Positions 13,401 to 25,763 of a stretch of 64,000 nt of DNA are shown piece after piece (the stretch's first letter is position 1; each line of letters starts with the position of its first letter). Source of the DNA: Tetramitus jugosus (taxonomy: Eukaryota; Protista; Heterolobosea). A model generated the notes under the pieces. That model searched no databases. It was not told the DNA's origin and was given only the letters and a program-made list of their open reading frames with translations. Both the position numbers and the translations under genes were made by a program. Location: assembly GCA_937625935.1 (NCBI GenBank), contig OW569351.1, positions 372,001 through 436,000 of the forward strand, written 5' to 3'.

Positions 13401-13745
13401 ATTATTGTTGTTTGCATAATGTGGACGCGATTTGTACTGTTGTTGATGATGCTGAGATGAATGATTCTGTTGTTGCAACGCAGATAGAGTCGATGGTTTA
13501 ATCGTAGAATCACTATTCGCAGCTGCAGTAGCAGTTGTGGCAGTAGTAGAAGTTGTAGTTGTCTGAGTAGGTGACGCATGAATGTGAACATTGTCAAAAA
13601 AGTCGACATGTGATGATTGCAATGGCAATGGCACTGTAGAAAAAGAACGACATTGTTGATGAAGCAGCAGTAGTGGAAGGAAAAGTTTACTGCTTGCTTT
13701 GTGTGATTGTTGTTGTTGCTTCTTGGTGATTAAGTGCCGTAACAT
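10425..13745 (-). CDS. SUV3: Mitochondrial SUV3-like RNA helicase
   Basis: HAGPTNSGKTY, PLRLLA, IDEIQM, VYGGLPPESR, ATDAVGMGLNLNI, QIAGRAGR; presequence-like N-terminus ending CRSFS; long N/Q/S low-complexity region. Confidence 0.93.
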   Translation of the reverse strand: MLRHLITKKQQQQSHKASSKLFLPLLLLHQQCRSFSTVPLPLQSSHVDFFDNVHIHASPTQTTTTSTTATTATAAANSDSTIKPSTLSALQQQNHSSQHHQQQYKSRPHYANNNNSRQPSSSSYNNNNNNNSYASSSHSNNRHHSSSSMNRASSSSSHSRPHQQPHSRPSHYTRNPNNHYSNNNHRNQQQQQQQNDPQNLNQKYSRSRDVHASRELEIKAAFATKSLYSLSEISRVSLSEVIDRHEPQLNHFDFEHFRWLDQSLVRLHDDHLLSLLSLKKDKETKEDMMENKGDNSGEDKEQQSALLSSTSSSSSSSSGDHVNVNQSSGSSVSSSSSSSLGSALFKDDLFDAVLNSDKGTQAQQHATQDKASQQQDINFGGYSADQVQMIKDNRIMELDVRRVKRLLTRISEGYHSIEFKRNCPVMNFEAMWFSFTNFIVSGAQYADLTRFATDMPTVDKTNIDPNKIPLIPQRLAVHLFRVLLDYIVANTDAFTKTSLSEEEQREVEEFIRPFFGSYTRKIHPDDYELYLEGLKYCNFTDPQLHFLRTKRLKRRIIYHAGPTNSGKTYHALMELSKADSGVYMAPLRLLAQEVCNRMNTQYDTKCSLLTGQEKRDVIGANHFACTIEMLNLQQVYNVAIIDEIQMIQDPERGQAWTQALLGVQAQEIHLCGDHTAFELVNRILKSNGDETVELRTYERMTQLQLWPEGSLQGDVSKIEKRDCVIVFSRKHVFEVKQFIEVNTGLKCAVVYGGLPPESRKEQAELFNDETSGYDVLIATDAVGMGLNLNIKRIVFFTTSKPTLHKGRIKRMPVNPMLMKQIAGRAGRKGFYDVGYVTTFEQKDFEYLKQSVALEMKSIESAGIFPSLPQLQGFAKKFPEHSADMAAILYRYILLSKGHKDFFMCDSESKIGIATRIRHLKLTIPQQYTFMNAPIPNIDEAIEILVQYCEDFANPSIHVVPLHLNVRAVITGLKAVQEREEGKLNNKIISHVIHGHSNEVGRQRSDALRRVEFTMKVLDAYKWLAQRFPAKFDNELVEAAQDTIIEEIGKSLVLHTRHNTKNRTLSTLETTKTVLREEPTVATAGEMSYDNRDVFSQFFSELVKDKV

Positions 13746-14193
13746 TGTCTTCTCGGTGCACACTCACAAAAGCTTACTTGTTGTTGTTATTGTTGTTGTT
13801 GCTTTGAGGTTGCTTTGACTTACTTGTTGTTGTTTTGTGTGAATTTTGTTGTGTGAACTATTTGTTGAGCGGAAGAATGAGAAGAGCGGGGAAACATTTC
13901 AGATACAATCCAGGTTTGTATTGTTGTTTTTAGGAAATATGAGGTCCAGTCACCCATCACCAGAGTGAGAGAACGGGAGAGTGAAGATGCATCAATATGA
14001 GGTACCTTGGCACTTCTCTGCGTGTTTCTCTCAATTGTCGCTGCACATGCTCATGCAATGACTATTCGCGTTCGTTCGGGATCCATGGTTTTCAGATCTC
14101 ATGACAATGCATTTGAATATCAACATAAACAAATGGCTCCACTCGAGATAATATAAGATGTCTGAATATCAGCAATGGTAAGGAAATTATCAA

Positions 14194-17100
14194 TCATGTG
14201 TCTCGTCTGTTCTTCATATTCATGAGAATCACTCGTTTGGCATCATGCTCGTTCTGCATCTCCTCCTGTTCGATTGCCTGTTGTCTGGCATCGACCGTTT
14301 TGTGTGCAAGAGAGCTATCGATAGGTACATCCATCTCCCTTACCTTCTGCTTTCCTCTTCTCATCAATACCAACATTTTAACACCATTGCCGAGCGGTTG
14401 TCTATGAACAGGCTCCTTTTCTTTGCCCTCTCGTTCCTCCATGTTCATTGGTTTGCCCTCTTCGGCAAGCTCCTCGCTGGTTGGTTGCTGTTGTTGTTGT
14501 TGTTGGAAATTCTTGAGCAACTCCTCGACACGCAACAATTTCTGACCAGCCATTGGTCTCTCTTTTCTTCTTTCATTGACTGATTCACTGAGCATTTGTT
14601 GATACTCCTTGTCAAATTCCATTTCCTCTATCCTCTGCTTTCTCTTTCTTGCTGCTTCTTCAACCTGCAATGTTTGCTGATGCATTTGTTTAATGGCTTC
14701 ACTGTTCTCGTTGCTCGACTCATCTTCGCTATCTGAATCATCACGATCCTCTGGATTACTTTCTAAAGTGTAGTTTCGGAACTTATCAGGCTCCACAGGC
14801 CACAACTTTTCATTTTGATCCTTCAACACCCATCTCCCAGTATTGTCAAAAGCATCCAACTGAGATACATCAGTGGTGAAATTTGCCATAAACTCACCGG
14901 GCCACTGTATCTTTCTACGATGTTCAATCACTCTTACTCTCTCGCAAGCCTCGGTAAAACTCTTTGGCCATAATAAATTAGGTTTAACTACATCGAGTGT
15001 ATCAGCCAGGAGGAACTCAACATGCACAGGGAGACGAACACCCTTTCCAAGAACATATCGTTGGAAATACAACAAAAATCGATCCAAACGTTTTTTGTCT
15101 GTTGCCTCAGTAATGCAGCGACTAACAGTCATTAAACTCTCACAGATCAATTGAATTCTATAGCACTCAAATGGACTGTCATTATTCCATCGAGCGTAGC
15201 TGATACACATGAACCAAACATCTTCGATCACATTTAAATCAACTGCTTGATAATTGTAGAGCTCACCCAAAAACTTCATATCCTTGATACCTTGTTGTCT
15301 AAAAAATTGATCCCCGTATGCTAGGTTCCATCGAATTCTCTCTAACAACGCATCAATCACCAGAATGAGAACTCTCTGTCTATATCTGCCCAGAGCAGAG
15401 ATAATGGAAGCTAGAGAGGGAAGATTCTCATACTTTGAGTCCAATATCATCACTATATTCGCAATTTTCTCGGGTAGATCAGGTTGTGAATTGTAAGGCA
15501 ACTTCCGTAACTGTTTGACAATATCCATGCACTTGTTCGCACTCTTCTCTCCTGGGTTTACATCAATATTTAACAGTAGGTGTCTAATATACAGCAACAA
15601 TGGGTTGGTAATCTTTCCAACGAAATCACTATCCGATCCCATTGTTTGATTATCATTACTGGCAAACAAAGAAAAATATGCATTCTCAACCATGTTCTCA
15701 TATCTCTCCTCGAGTGATTTGACGCACTTTAGTCTCCACATTTTATCAACGAGTTGTTTCACAACGACTCCAACACTCTCATCTTCACTCGCCATTAAGA
15801 ATCGACCACAATTTTCAATACATGCACATGCTACATCGATATTATGGTGACGGAACTCATTCAAACATTGCTTCAAGAATGACAAGATGATATGAGGATC
15901 CATAATCTTGAACTTCACCAACTCGCACATGAAACGAATGTTCTTCACCTTTGACTCGATTTTGATTTGATCACGTTCTGCGAACAGTTTCTCGAATTCG
16001 GTTCTCAATGATGAGATTAGTTGATCTGATAGCTCTCCTCCCTCAGGTTCGATAGTCTTTACCACCTTGGCATACAATGGTAACAGCTCGAGACTCGTTC
16101 TCTTCACTCCAAACAAATATTTGACGAGCTTTCTCTTTCCACTCTTTGAATTTCCAAACTTTGCATAATACTTGCGACAGAATTGTTCAACTTGTGATTG
16201 AGTAAGATTGGGTAACTGTTGGAAAATAGACTCATTATCCTCTTGCTCATTGATCAATGACTCTCCTTGGTCATTGAACTCAATCTTTGGAATAACGGTG
16301 TAAAAAGTCAACTCATCATCATCGAATGCTGATACAACTATATTGAAATAGCCCTTCTCCTTCTGCTGTTCTACCTCCATAGCTTTAATACGAAAGGTTC
16401 CTTCTAAAACCTTTTGTGGAATATCAAGAGAAAGATACATTCCCAACAACTTGGCTGCTTTCAGTGTCTTATCCCATTTTTTCACCTTTGCAGAATAGGT
16501 GTCGTAGGATGTGGTGGTCGCAGTGCTTGATTGCTCCGAAGCACGTATTCCCGATAGTTTATCGTGCTTCTCCTTCTCCATTTGTGACAGTGCTTCATGC
16601 TCAGATGCCAACTTGCTGCATAACAGCTCAAAAAACGGCACGAGAATATTATTGAATTGTTGAACTTCGCTCGGAGTGACAATTCTCTCATCGGGTCGCA
16701 CAAATGCCTTGTATTCACACTCTAACAATGCTTCCTCGCTCAATTCTGTTCCGGCCTCCTTGGCTGCCATGCTCAAAATCTCTTTCATCTTATCGACTGG
16801 AATCTCCAAGAATACATCACCAAATTGCTCCAAAAAGTTAAGAATGACACTCACACAAGCCTTTGGTTTCTTATCCTGCGTCTTTGCGATCATACCCTTC
16901 AACATATTAATCACCGTGTCAACAGGACAGATAGCAAGTTCAACACATCCCCCAACTAAATTTAACACGGCACTAAATCGCATCAAATCCAATCCCTTTG
17001 ATGAGTCTTGATGCAAACAGCTCTTGACTAAACTAGGGAAGAAATCCTTCAAGTCACAATATCGTTCATAGAAATGAGCCAAAATATTTAAAATATAGGG

Positions 17101-17634
17101 CGAAGATTCAGAACTGAGTGGCAATGTGCTCAACGCGGACAAAATTTCATCCACATATCTTCTCAGATTTTGCTTTTCCAACTGTTGTGCATCAACGTAC
17201 GCAATGAAGAAAAACGTTATGATTAATATTCATTGAAATTCATGCACATAGCCGTAAAATAGCGACTCTCTTTCAGAGTACTTCATCATAATACAGTCGA
17301 TCGATCATAAAACACACTGATCACAAAAATAACAATTCTTCCATACATCTTTCACAATATTTTTCTTTGTGTCTTTTGGTAATTCGTGCAATGTACGAAT
17401 ACGTTTCACCAATTGACCATTTTTCTTCACATTAGAGTCCAACTTTAGGAGCAAGTTGGCATCAGGTCGATTCACATTTGGAGCATTTAAATTCACAATT
17501 CTTAACGCACGTTTTTCATTTGCCTTCTTCTTCCAGTCTTCGACAGAGGCAACAGCAGGAACGGAAGATGACTCATTTGTGCTCGTTGTCGTATTTGTAA
17601 CACTACTACCACTGCTGCTTTTACTACTACTCAT
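14194..17634 (-). CDS. UPF2: Nonsense-mediated decay factor UPF2 (MIF4G domains)
   Basis: LDSNVKKN in exon 1; KVKNIRFMCELVKF, HHNIDVAC, QLRKLP, MKFLGELYNY; intron 17182-17346 (GTATGG..ACAG) joins NIVKD to LEKQNL. Confidence 0.9.
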
Positions 17635-18029
17635 CGATTGTTGAAAATATTGAGTATATAGATGGAGCTTGCACCAGCTTTTCTTTTCTTTGTTTGATCC
17701 TTTTGTGATGAATTCTTCGCGGGAAAAAGGTCGGAAAATATTACAAAAAGCAAACTTCAATGAATAAAAACTGTCAAAAAAATAGTTTGTATTTACAGGA
17801 ACTCAATTTGGTGCTCTGTCAGTAGCTCTCTGAAAAAAAAATTGATCATTGTTCTGTACTGAACTGTGTTCCGACTATATGTGAAAGTCCTCTTCTGCTT
17901 CCTCATTGTCCCAATGCTGTGGATGAAAAGTTGTCATCTCCAGTTTCCCTAGGTGTGTGTATGGTTGTTTGACAACAAGATAAATTTGCTTTCTGGATTT
18001 GTCTGCTTGTGTGCATTTGTTCTTGACTT

Positions 18030-18861
18030 CTAAACCTGTGCTGTGCTTTCCGTAATATCCTCAATCGTTATCGTTGACGACGACAATGAAGACACTGTTG
18101 TTGCTTCCGACTCAAACACAAAATCCACATCAAAAAAGCTCTTCTTGTTCCACACTTTCCAAATGTCTGGATACTCGATAATCTCCCTGTGAAAAACAAG
18201 CTTTCTTTCTGTTGACCAAATCTCCCTATACTTTCTCTTCCTGAACATTTCTCTCTTCTCTCCATAGCAGACTCTCTCGGGCACAATTTTGATACCCATG
18301 CCAAACTGATGATCATCCTTCCATACACCAACGTACACGACACCATCATTTCTCACATATCTTCCAAATCCGTTCATTTTGTCCTGTTTCCAATTTCCAC
18401 TGTATTGACCACCTGTTGGCCAAGTGTACACTCCTTTTCCATGTTGTTTACCATGTTCAAAGTGACCCACGTACTTGTGACCATCACCCCAACAATATTC
18501 TCCTTTGCCATGCATTTGATCATCTTTCCACTAGTGGTTGTTGTTGATTCGAAGTAAAAAGTTAGCATTTTGGGATCACACACACGAAAAAAAAAATAAT
18601 TTTTTTTTGTATTGTTTGTGTCCTGTGACGGACAACAACTGAAATTTTTAGGATCAAAAAAAACAAAGAGTAGTAGTAGTAGTAGTAGAGCAGTGTACAT
18701 ACACCTCCACTATAGTACGCTGTCGCACTATAGAACATGGTTCCTATGCCATGCTTTTGTTGTTTTGTATTCTTTTCACCAACATATCTCATGACGTTGG
18801 TCTGATTGTTGGGAGTAGCTGTTGTAGCAGTAGCTGCTGTTATAGGTGCGGTATTGTTCAT
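18030..18861 (-). CDS. MORN-repeat protein
   Basis: Repeated YxGxWxxxxxHGxG units; intron 18531-18702 (GTATGT..CTAG) joins YYSGG to WKDDQMHG. Confidence 0.85.
18671..18688. repeat. (TAG)6 microsatellite within the MORN gene intron
   Basis: Read directly. Confidence 0.9.
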
Positions 18862-19437
18862 TTTTCTGGCTAGCAAGATCTTACGTATAATGTGACGGTT
18901 TTTGTTGGTTGCGAAAGCACAAAGCTTTTGTTGGTGTTGGTTGTTATTATTGTATTCGTGTTTTTTTTCGTTTGTTTTTGTCTGGCCGAAAAAAAGGTTA
19001 TTTTCTGTTTTGGTCGAGTTTTTGAGCAGGTGACGATTGAAAGTCTGTGGTGTTGATTTTTTCTGAGAGATGGGTTTTGATTGTGACTGCTCCAGCTGAC
19101 GATTGTCAATGATGTTGTTGGTTTGTTCTTCTGTTCTTGACCTGATAGCTTGTGGTGGAGATAAGATACGATTGGCTTTTTATTTCTTCCACCCAGGGGC
19201 AAGGGATGCTTCATTTAGCGATTGGCCATCACCGTCATTCACAAGCGTTCAAAAAAAACTTGTTGCCAATTATCGATCGTTGTCTCACAGTTCCTAATTG
19301 CGAGCAACCGGCATGGGATCATGTGTCACAGTACGTTGCTACCGTGTGTGAGTTGGAAAGGGTGTCAACCAAGGATGTATCTTTGGACGAAGAGGTGTGA
19401 TGTGTGTGAATAATATTAATATTTTATAAATTGCCGT

Positions 19438-21201
19438 TTAGCAGGATGTGAATGCAGGGCCTTCTCTTTGTATGTACTCTTCAATTGATTGGTTGCTGGC
19501 AGCCAATAAGAGACCCACAAATGGTGCGGATGGCTTGGTTGGTCTGGACTTGAATTCAGGGTGGTATTGAACACCGACATAGTATGGATGACTTCCGTTC
19601 ATCAACTCAATCACCTCTTGTCTCAATCCACTGTCGTCTTGACCAACAAACTTGAGTCCATTCTCTTCCAATTGAGGCACAAAGTCAGGGTTGACCTCAT
19701 ATCTGTGACGATGTCTTTCGCTCACTGCCTTAACCTCTGGAGCACCATAGAGCTTTGCAATCTTGGAGTGGAGAGCACTCTCCTTGAAAATTGTCTCTCT
19801 CTTTCCCAATCTCATTGTACCACCCATGTTCTCTCTGTCAATCTCAGGCATGAAAACAACCAATCTTTCACTTGGTTGTGGCTCGTTTTGGCTTTCAAAC
19901 TCTTCACTGTGAGCATTGGACAGACCCAAAACGTTTCTTGCATATTCAACAACTGCTAATTGCATACCGAGGCAAATGCCCAGGTATGGCTTATTGTTCT
20001 CTCTTGCATACTTTGCAGCAGCGATTTTTCCTTCGGTTCCTCTGTTACCGAAACCTCCTGGCACGAGAATACCGTGAGAACTCTTCAGGGCATTCCATGC
20101 TTCTTCATATTTGGCATCACTTGAGTTTTCAAGATCAGACGCCTCAACCCAAATCACCTCGACTCTTCTCTGAACAGCGAGAGATGCGTGATTCAGAGCC
20201 TTTGAAACTGATGTATAAGCATCAGTCAAGTCAGTGTACTTACCGACGAGAGCGATTCTTGTGGCATCGAGTGACTGAATTGCCTCATATCTCTTGGACA
20301 CCTTCTCTGTCCATTCCTTCAACTCAAATGAGTCATCAGCTGGCACAGCAGTGTTCAACTTTAACTTCTTGACAATCAACTTGTGAATTCCCTGTTCAGT
20401 CAACAGCAAAGGAACAGTGTAAATGTTGCCCACGTTGTGAACGCCAATGACACTCTCTGCGTCGACATGACAGAAACTGGAAATTTTTTGCTTGGTGGAT
20501 TCTGTGAGCTTAAACTCTGATCGGCAACAAATAATATCAGGTGAAAGTCCCAATGCTCTCAACTCTCGTACCGATTGTTGAGTAGGCTTTGTCTTTTGTT
20601 CACCGACAACTCCGAGCACAGGCACCAACGAAACATGAACCTCACAAATGTTGTCACGACCGACTCTGAACTGGAATTGTCTCATGGCTTCAATAAAAGG
20701 CATGGATTCAATATCACCGACAGTTCCTCCCAATTCAATCACACAGACATCTGGAGCCGATACAGCAGAATCAGCATCAGAAGCATTCAACAGAGCGATT
20801 GGACACTTTCCAGCCACTTGCTCCACCCAATCTTGAATCTCATTACAGATATGAGGCACAACCTGAACCGTCTTTCCCAAATAATCTCCTCTTCTCTCCT
20901 TTTGGATCACTTGATTGTAAACTTTTCCCGTCGTAATGTTGTTTTGTCGACAAAGTGTCACATCAATGAATCTCTCATAGTTTCCGAGATCCAAATCCAC
21001 TTCACCACCATCGTCCAACACAAACACTTCACCGTGTTCAAATGGTGACATGGTTCCAGCATCAATGTTGATATAAGGATCAATTTTGATGGCTGTGACC
21101 TTTAGTCCCATCTCTTTCAAGATTCTGCCAATAGAACTGGCAATAATGCCCTTGCCGACACCACTGAGCACACCTCCTGTAACCAAAATGTATTTGACCA
21201 T
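19438..21201 (-). CDS. CTPS: CTP synthase
   Basis: [28 protein letters not shown], glutaminase [20 protein letters not shown]. Confidence 0.97.
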   Translation of the reverse strand: MVKYILVTGGVLSGVGKGIIASSIGRILKEMGLKVTAIKIDPYINIDAGTMSPFEHGEVFVLDDGGEVDLDLGNYERFIDVTLCRQNNITTGKVYNQVIQKERRGDYLGKTVQVVPHICNEIQDWVEQVAGKCPIALLNASDADSAVSAPDVCVIELGGTVGDIESMPFIEAMRQFQFRVGRDNICEVHVSLVPVLGVVGEQKTKPTQQSVRELRALGLSPDIICCRSEFKLTESTKQKISSFCHVDAESVIGVHNVGNIYTVPLLLTEQGIHKLIVKKLKLNTAVPADDSFELKEWTEKVSKRYEAIQSLDATRIALVGKYTDLTDAYTSVSKALNHASLAVQRRVEVIWVEASDLENSSDAKYEEAWNALKSSHGILVPGGFGNRGTEGKIAAAKYARENNKPYLGICLGMQLAVVEYARNVLGLSNAHSEEFESQNEPQPSERLVVFMPEIDRENMGGTMRLGKRETIFKESALHSKIAKLYGAPEVKAVSERHRHRYEVNPDFVPQLEENGLKFVGQDDSGLRQEVIELMNGSHPYYVGVQYHPEFKSRPTKPSAPFVGLLLAASNQSIEEYIQREGPAFTSC

Positions 21202-21591
21202 TGTTCGCTTGTTTTGTTGAACTTGTTTTTGTTGTTGTGAATCCGCGGCTTGAGCTTTTTCGCTAATTTGAGAGGAACTTGGAAGTAGACCAGAATGTGC
21301 ACGGTGCGACAACCAAAGGAAGGGATATGTTGGGTTCTTGATTGGGTTGGGACTTTTTAAAAGTGAATCCACACGACAAAACTTTTTGAATGTTGTGTGG
21401 CGCCAACCGAGGGCCCTCTCGGAGAAATAATATGCCCATCAAATTCATAAATTCACACACACAAAAAATTATTTGAACGACAAGAATTCATTGAACACTC
21501 CTCGTTTGTGTTAAAAAAATCGGAGTTTCTCACTCGAAACTTCACCGTGCCGAAATCAATACAGCAACAAAAACAACCGACAGAAGCTACT

Positions 21592-23619
21592 ATGGCGCGA
21601 CACAAGAGAAGAAGCAAGAATCAAGACGCGGAATCATCCGAATTTTATCAACAACAACAACATAATAACAACAATGACAATGACAACAACATGGCTGCTG
21701 CTGATGATGATGAATACGAGTCAGAAGATGACAATGCCAAGCTATTGGACGAAACTGTTGACAAACAAATCTTTAACGTATTGAATGCCCTGAAACGCAA
21801 TGATCCTTCCATTTATGACAAGGGCACTCGTTTTTTTGATGCACAAGAATTGGAAAAGATGAAAAATGTGGACAAATCTCAACTGGTCAATCAATATTTT
21901 ACTCATGTCGGAAACGAGAAGGAAATGTTGGAGAAGAGACAACGCGCGTTACAGAGTTTTCATGATGCAGTCGATGAGGCAATGACATTCCCCGACAATG
22001 AAAATGATGATGGTGAAAATGATGATGATGAAAATGACATGGGTAGTCTATTTAAGAAGAAGCAAAAATCAAAGGAGGATCAATTGAGAGAAGAAGCAGC
22101 GTTTCAAGACTTTTTGAACAAGGAAAAGAGAAGAGAAAAGGACACATTGTTGAAACAGGGAGCATCTCTCGAGAGGTATGAATCGGGTGCAAAATTGTCC
22201 AATGAAGACGAATTTTTGAGAGATTACCTGATGAATAACAAGTGGATGATTGCAGGTGAAGACAAGAGTGATTCATCCAAGAAGAACAACAATAAGAAGA
22301 GCAAATCTTCATCTTTCCAAGAATTGGCCAAGGAATTGCGATCCACATATGACGATAATGAAAATGGCGATGATGATGATGATTTGGACTATGACAGTGA
22401 TGGTATGCAAAGAGACAGAGAGTTTGAAGAGTTGGAGAGAAGAGAGCAGGAAGAGCACTTGAGAAGCAGTAAGATTCCAACACTTGCAGAGCACAGATTC
22501 GAAGAAAAGGGTGCTGATAAGTTGGCAACCTACACGTACAAGAGTTCTGAGAGAGAGAAGAAGGTGACGGCAAAGGTGAGACAAGATTTGAACAGAAAGG
22601 AGAATAAGAAGAAGGCAAAGGAGGAAGCAAAGATGAAGGCTGCTGAAAAGACGCGTCAAATTCAAATCAATGTCTTACAAATGCTCATTGAATTGAAAAA
22701 ATTGATTCATGGAGATGGTTCAGTGGTTGATAAACTTGATTTGGAAGCCGAGTACTTGGAAGATGAAGAGAAGATGACACAAGTGTGGGACACTGTCGAA
22801 GATCAGAATGTTGTCGAGCAGTTGCTCTATGGATCAATCGAAGACGACTATGATGAGGATGAAGAGGGTGATGATACACCTGCTGAGACTGATCCTGAAA
22901 AGAGAAAGGTGCAACTGAGACGACAGATTCAAAAGGGACTGAGTGATTACTATGACAGTTTCTTTACGGATGCCGATCAGGAGCAAACCTTTAAGTTCAA
23001 GTATAAGCGCGTAGACAAGGATGACTTTGGCTTTACTGCTACCGATATCTTGGCTCTAGACGATGAAGATTTGGAAGATATTTTACCAATCAATAATATT
23101 AAGAGATACAATGCACATCGAAGCGATGACAGGACAAAGCAAATGGTCAGAGATCAAATTGAAAAGAAACTCAGTAGGTCCGACCCTGCTTCTAAGCCTT
23201 CCAGAAAGAGAAAGAGAAAGACCAAGAAGCAATCATCTTCTCACGATGATGATGAACACGAGGAGGATGAGCAACAAAATAATCAAGATCTAGATCAAGA
23301 AGAAGACCAAGAATCTCATAGGGAAGAAGAGGAAGGTGCTCCTGCTTCAAAATCAAGCTTGTTCAATGATGATGATGATAGTGATGCTGGTGCCTTTGAT
23401 GATGATTTCTTCTCTAAGAAGAAGCGAAAGATTGACCACAAGAAGGAGTCTGACAAACATACCAAGGAGGATGTATCCTCCAAGACTACTCCTGTTGTTG
23501 AACAACCAACAAAATCTGAGAAACCTGCCGAGCCAGAACGGTCAACCGTAGAGGAGAGCAATGCTCAAAAGAAGAAGCGAAGAGGCAAGAGAGGAAAGAA
23601 AAAGGAGAAGAGCGAATAA
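21592..23619 (+). CDS. KRI1: KRI1-like 40S ribosome biogenesis factor
   Basis: DPSIYD..FF, EFLRDYLMNNKW, HRFEE, C-terminal FKYKRV..DFGFTATDILALDDEDL; acidic/basic low complexity. Confidence 0.85.
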   Translation: MARHKRRSKNQDAESSEFYQQQQHNNNNDNDNNMAAADDDEYESEDDNAKLLDETVDKQIFNVLNALKRNDPSIYDKGTRFFDAQELEKMKNVDKSQLVNQYFTHVGNEKEMLEKRQRALQSFHDAVDEAMTFPDNENDDGENDDDENDMGSLFKKKQKSKEDQLREEAAFQDFLNKEKRREKDTLLKQGASLERYESGAKLSNEDEFLRDYLMNNKWMIAGEDKSDSSKKNNNKKSKSSSFQELAKELRSTYDDNENGDDDDDLDYDSDGMQRDREFEELERREQEEHLRSSKIPTLAEHRFEEKGADKLATYTYKSSEREKKVTAKVRQDLNRKENKKKAKEEAKMKAAEKTRQIQINVLQMLIELKKLIHGDGSVVDKLDLEAEYLEDEEKMTQVWDTVEDQNVVEQLLYGSIEDDYDEDEEGDDTPAETDPEKRKVQLRRQIQKGLSDYYDSFFTDADQEQTFKFKYKRVDKDDFGFTATDILALDDEDLEDILPINNIKRYNAHRSDDRTKQMVRDQIEKKLSRSDPASKPSRKRKRKTKKQSSSHDDDEHEEDEQQNNQDLDQEEDQESHREEEEGAPASKSSLFNDDDDSDAGAFDDDFFSKKKRKIDHKKESDKHTKEDVSSKTTPVVEQPTKSEKPAEPERSTVEESNAQKKKRRGKRGKKKEKSE

Positions 23620-23897
23620 AGTAAACTCATAAATCATTTTTGTTATTTCACATTGTTAATCTCCGAATATCCTCCGCCGTGTCATCAACTTGTCACTGTT
23701 TTTATGATTCGACCAAGTGAGTGAGGTGTGACAACTTGATTCTCCTAAAATTAACAAGGACCAGATGGTAAGCCTGCACTGAATCATTGATGTGTTGTTG
23801 TTTAGCCATCTCACACAAACAAAAAACAAACTCAACAAACCACCAATTAAACAGGCTCAAATCCATCTATCGATCGATTGACATTTCACATATACAA

Positions 23898-25298
23898 ATG
23901 GCCAATAAATTATTTGCAAACTGGGAACCTATTGCTCAAGCACTATCTGATGTCAGAAACGACAACACACCAACTGACTTTGTGCTCGTTGGTTACAGCA
24001 ACACCAAGATGGAAACACTAGAGTATATTACATCTGGTCAGGGAGGTGCCGATGAGATGAAACAGAGCTTGAGCAGCGATCAAGCTCTGTACGGATTCGT
24101 TCGTGTCAGTGAACGTATCGACGAATCCGACACGATCAAATTTTGTTTTGTAAAGTGGGTCGGCAACGATTTGAGACCCATGAGCAGAGCAAAGCTCACA
24201 CCTCAAGTCGGAGACATTACAGCACGATTCAAGCCATATCACGTCGATGTCTACTGCACAGAGTTTAGTGAAATCTCACAGGAGATTGTCGAAGGTCTGG
24301 TGGGCAAGGCCAGTATGTCCAAGAGTGCAGTCATTGACAATGACAGAGCAAAGAGAATCATGGACGAGAATGAAAAAAAGAGAAGAGTCGTAGAGGAGAG
24401 ATTGAATACTCCGCTCAATCAATCTTCCGGCACCACAACCTCCGTCGTCCCTACCTATGGAAATAACGCTGCTGCATCCACCGCATCTCCAACTCAACAG
24501 TTGACGGCTGACCAACAGGAAACTTTACAAAAATTGGAAGGCTTCTTGAACAGCGGAATTTTGACTGAAGAGGAATTTGAGGCCAAGAAGAAGCAAGTTC
24601 TTTCCTCGTCTTCTCCAACTACCCCAACGACTCCTTCCGCTCCATCTTCCACCTCCTCTCCAACCGTTGCCAAGAAAACAGCTCCTGTCGCATCTGTTAG
24701 CTCCGTTGCTAGCTCCAGCGCAGCCAACAGCGGCTCCTCCAAGAATGAAATTGAAGCTGCCATGAAGAGAGCTACCTTGGTTCGCTTCCCTGACGCTGAT
24801 GCCATCATTGACGCCATCGCTCAAGTGAGAAACGATCGCTCAGAGATAGATTGGGTGCTCACTGGTTACACTGATCTCAAGCAAACCAAGGACATGCACA
24901 TTGGTCTCATTGGCTCCGGAAGTGGCGGTGTCGAAGAGTTGAAGCAACACTTGACTGACGACAACATCTACTATGGTATTGTGAGAATGACTGATCAAAT
25001 TGACAACTCCATCACTGTCAAGTTTGTCTTTATTCACTTTATGGGCGACGGATTGAAGCCAATGGCCAGAGCTCGTGTCACTACTCATAAGCTCACCGTG
25101 AGCGAAGTGTTCAGACCATATCATGTCGACACGTTTGCAAGCAAGGCCGACGAACTCTCACAGGAATTGTTGGAGAACTTGGTTGGTGCCACCAGTTTCT
25201 CAAAGTCAAACGTCATTGACAATGATAGAGCCAGGAAGATCATGGACGAGAATGAATCCAAGAGAAAGGCAGTCGAGGACAAGGTTATTGTCATGTAA
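23898..25298 (+). CDS. Coactosin-like protein with two ADF-H domains and a central SHOCT-like motif
   Basis: Two coactosin-type ADF-H repeats (VRND..DWVLxGY..GSGGxEEL..KFVF); central LQKLEGFLNSGILTEEEFEAKKKQVL. Confidence 0.85.
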   Translation: MANKLFANWEPIAQALSDVRNDNTPTDFVLVGYSNTKMETLEYITSGQGGADEMKQSLSSDQALYGFVRVSERIDESDTIKFCFVKWVGNDLRPMSRAKLTPQVGDITARFKPYHVDVYCTEFSEISQEIVEGLVGKASMSKSAVIDNDRAKRIMDENEKKRRVVEERLNTPLNQSSGTTTSVVPTYGNNAAASTASPTQQLTADQQETLQKLEGFLNSGILTEEEFEAKKKQVLSSSSPTTPTTPSAPSSTSSPTVAKKTAPVASVSSVASSSAANSGSSKNEIEAAMKRATLVRFPDADAIIDAIAQVRNDRSEIDWVLTGYTDLKQTKDMHIGLIGSGSGGVEELKQHLTDDNIYYGIVRMTDQIDNSITVKFVFIHFMGDGLKPMARARVTTHKLTVSEVFRPYHVDTFASKADELSQELLENLVGATSFSKSNVIDNDRARKIMDENESKRKAVEDKVIVM

Positions 25299-25353
25299 TT
25301 TTTGAAAAGATATCGTAAATAGTACACAAATTTGTTATAATTCTTTACTACGA

Positions 25354-25566
25354 CTATTCCTTGAACTCTTGTGAGCTGTTGGATTGTTCAATGTCTGTCG
25401 TCTTCTTCTTCTTGTGAATGACCATGTCACTCAGGTCTCTGTTATGTTGAGAACCTTCGTCAATTATGGCTCTCGTCTCCTTGGACATCCTCTGGGGAGT
25501 GTTCAACAGATCGATATTCGCACTAGGAGAGAAGTCAATGGTACGGGATTCTTCAGAGTCAGCCAT
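25354..25566 (-). CDS. Small hypothetical protein (70 aa)
   Basis: ATG after an A/C-rich leader; fills an otherwise empty gap; no homology recognised. Confidence 0.45.
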   Translation of the reverse strand: MADSEESRTIDFSPSANIDLLNTPQRMSKETRAIIDEGSQHNRDLSDMVIHKKKKTTDIEQSNSSQEFKE

Positions 25567-25763
25567 TGTATGTGTGATTGAAATTGAAAGTACTTCTTTT
25601 GTTTTTTGTTTCTTGTTTCTGTTCAATCTTCAGTTGGCTCGAAAAATACAACGAGCTCGCCATTCAAAATAGAACGAATTATTTATACTCAGATCTCGAC
25701 CACAAAGAAACACGCTCCCACAAACACGTGTAGAACTACAAGTACACACAATATGGTATTTAT

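Noticed and set aside
13877-14190. Possible mini-gene or snoRNA between SUV3 and UPF2
   Set aside because: Would need a 20-nt intron, far below the 56-nt minimum seen here; no convincing C/D or H/ACA boxes.
19152-19413. Short + strand ORFs between the MORN gene and CTPS
   Set aside because: Three overlapping short frames with no motif; none can be chosen or supported.
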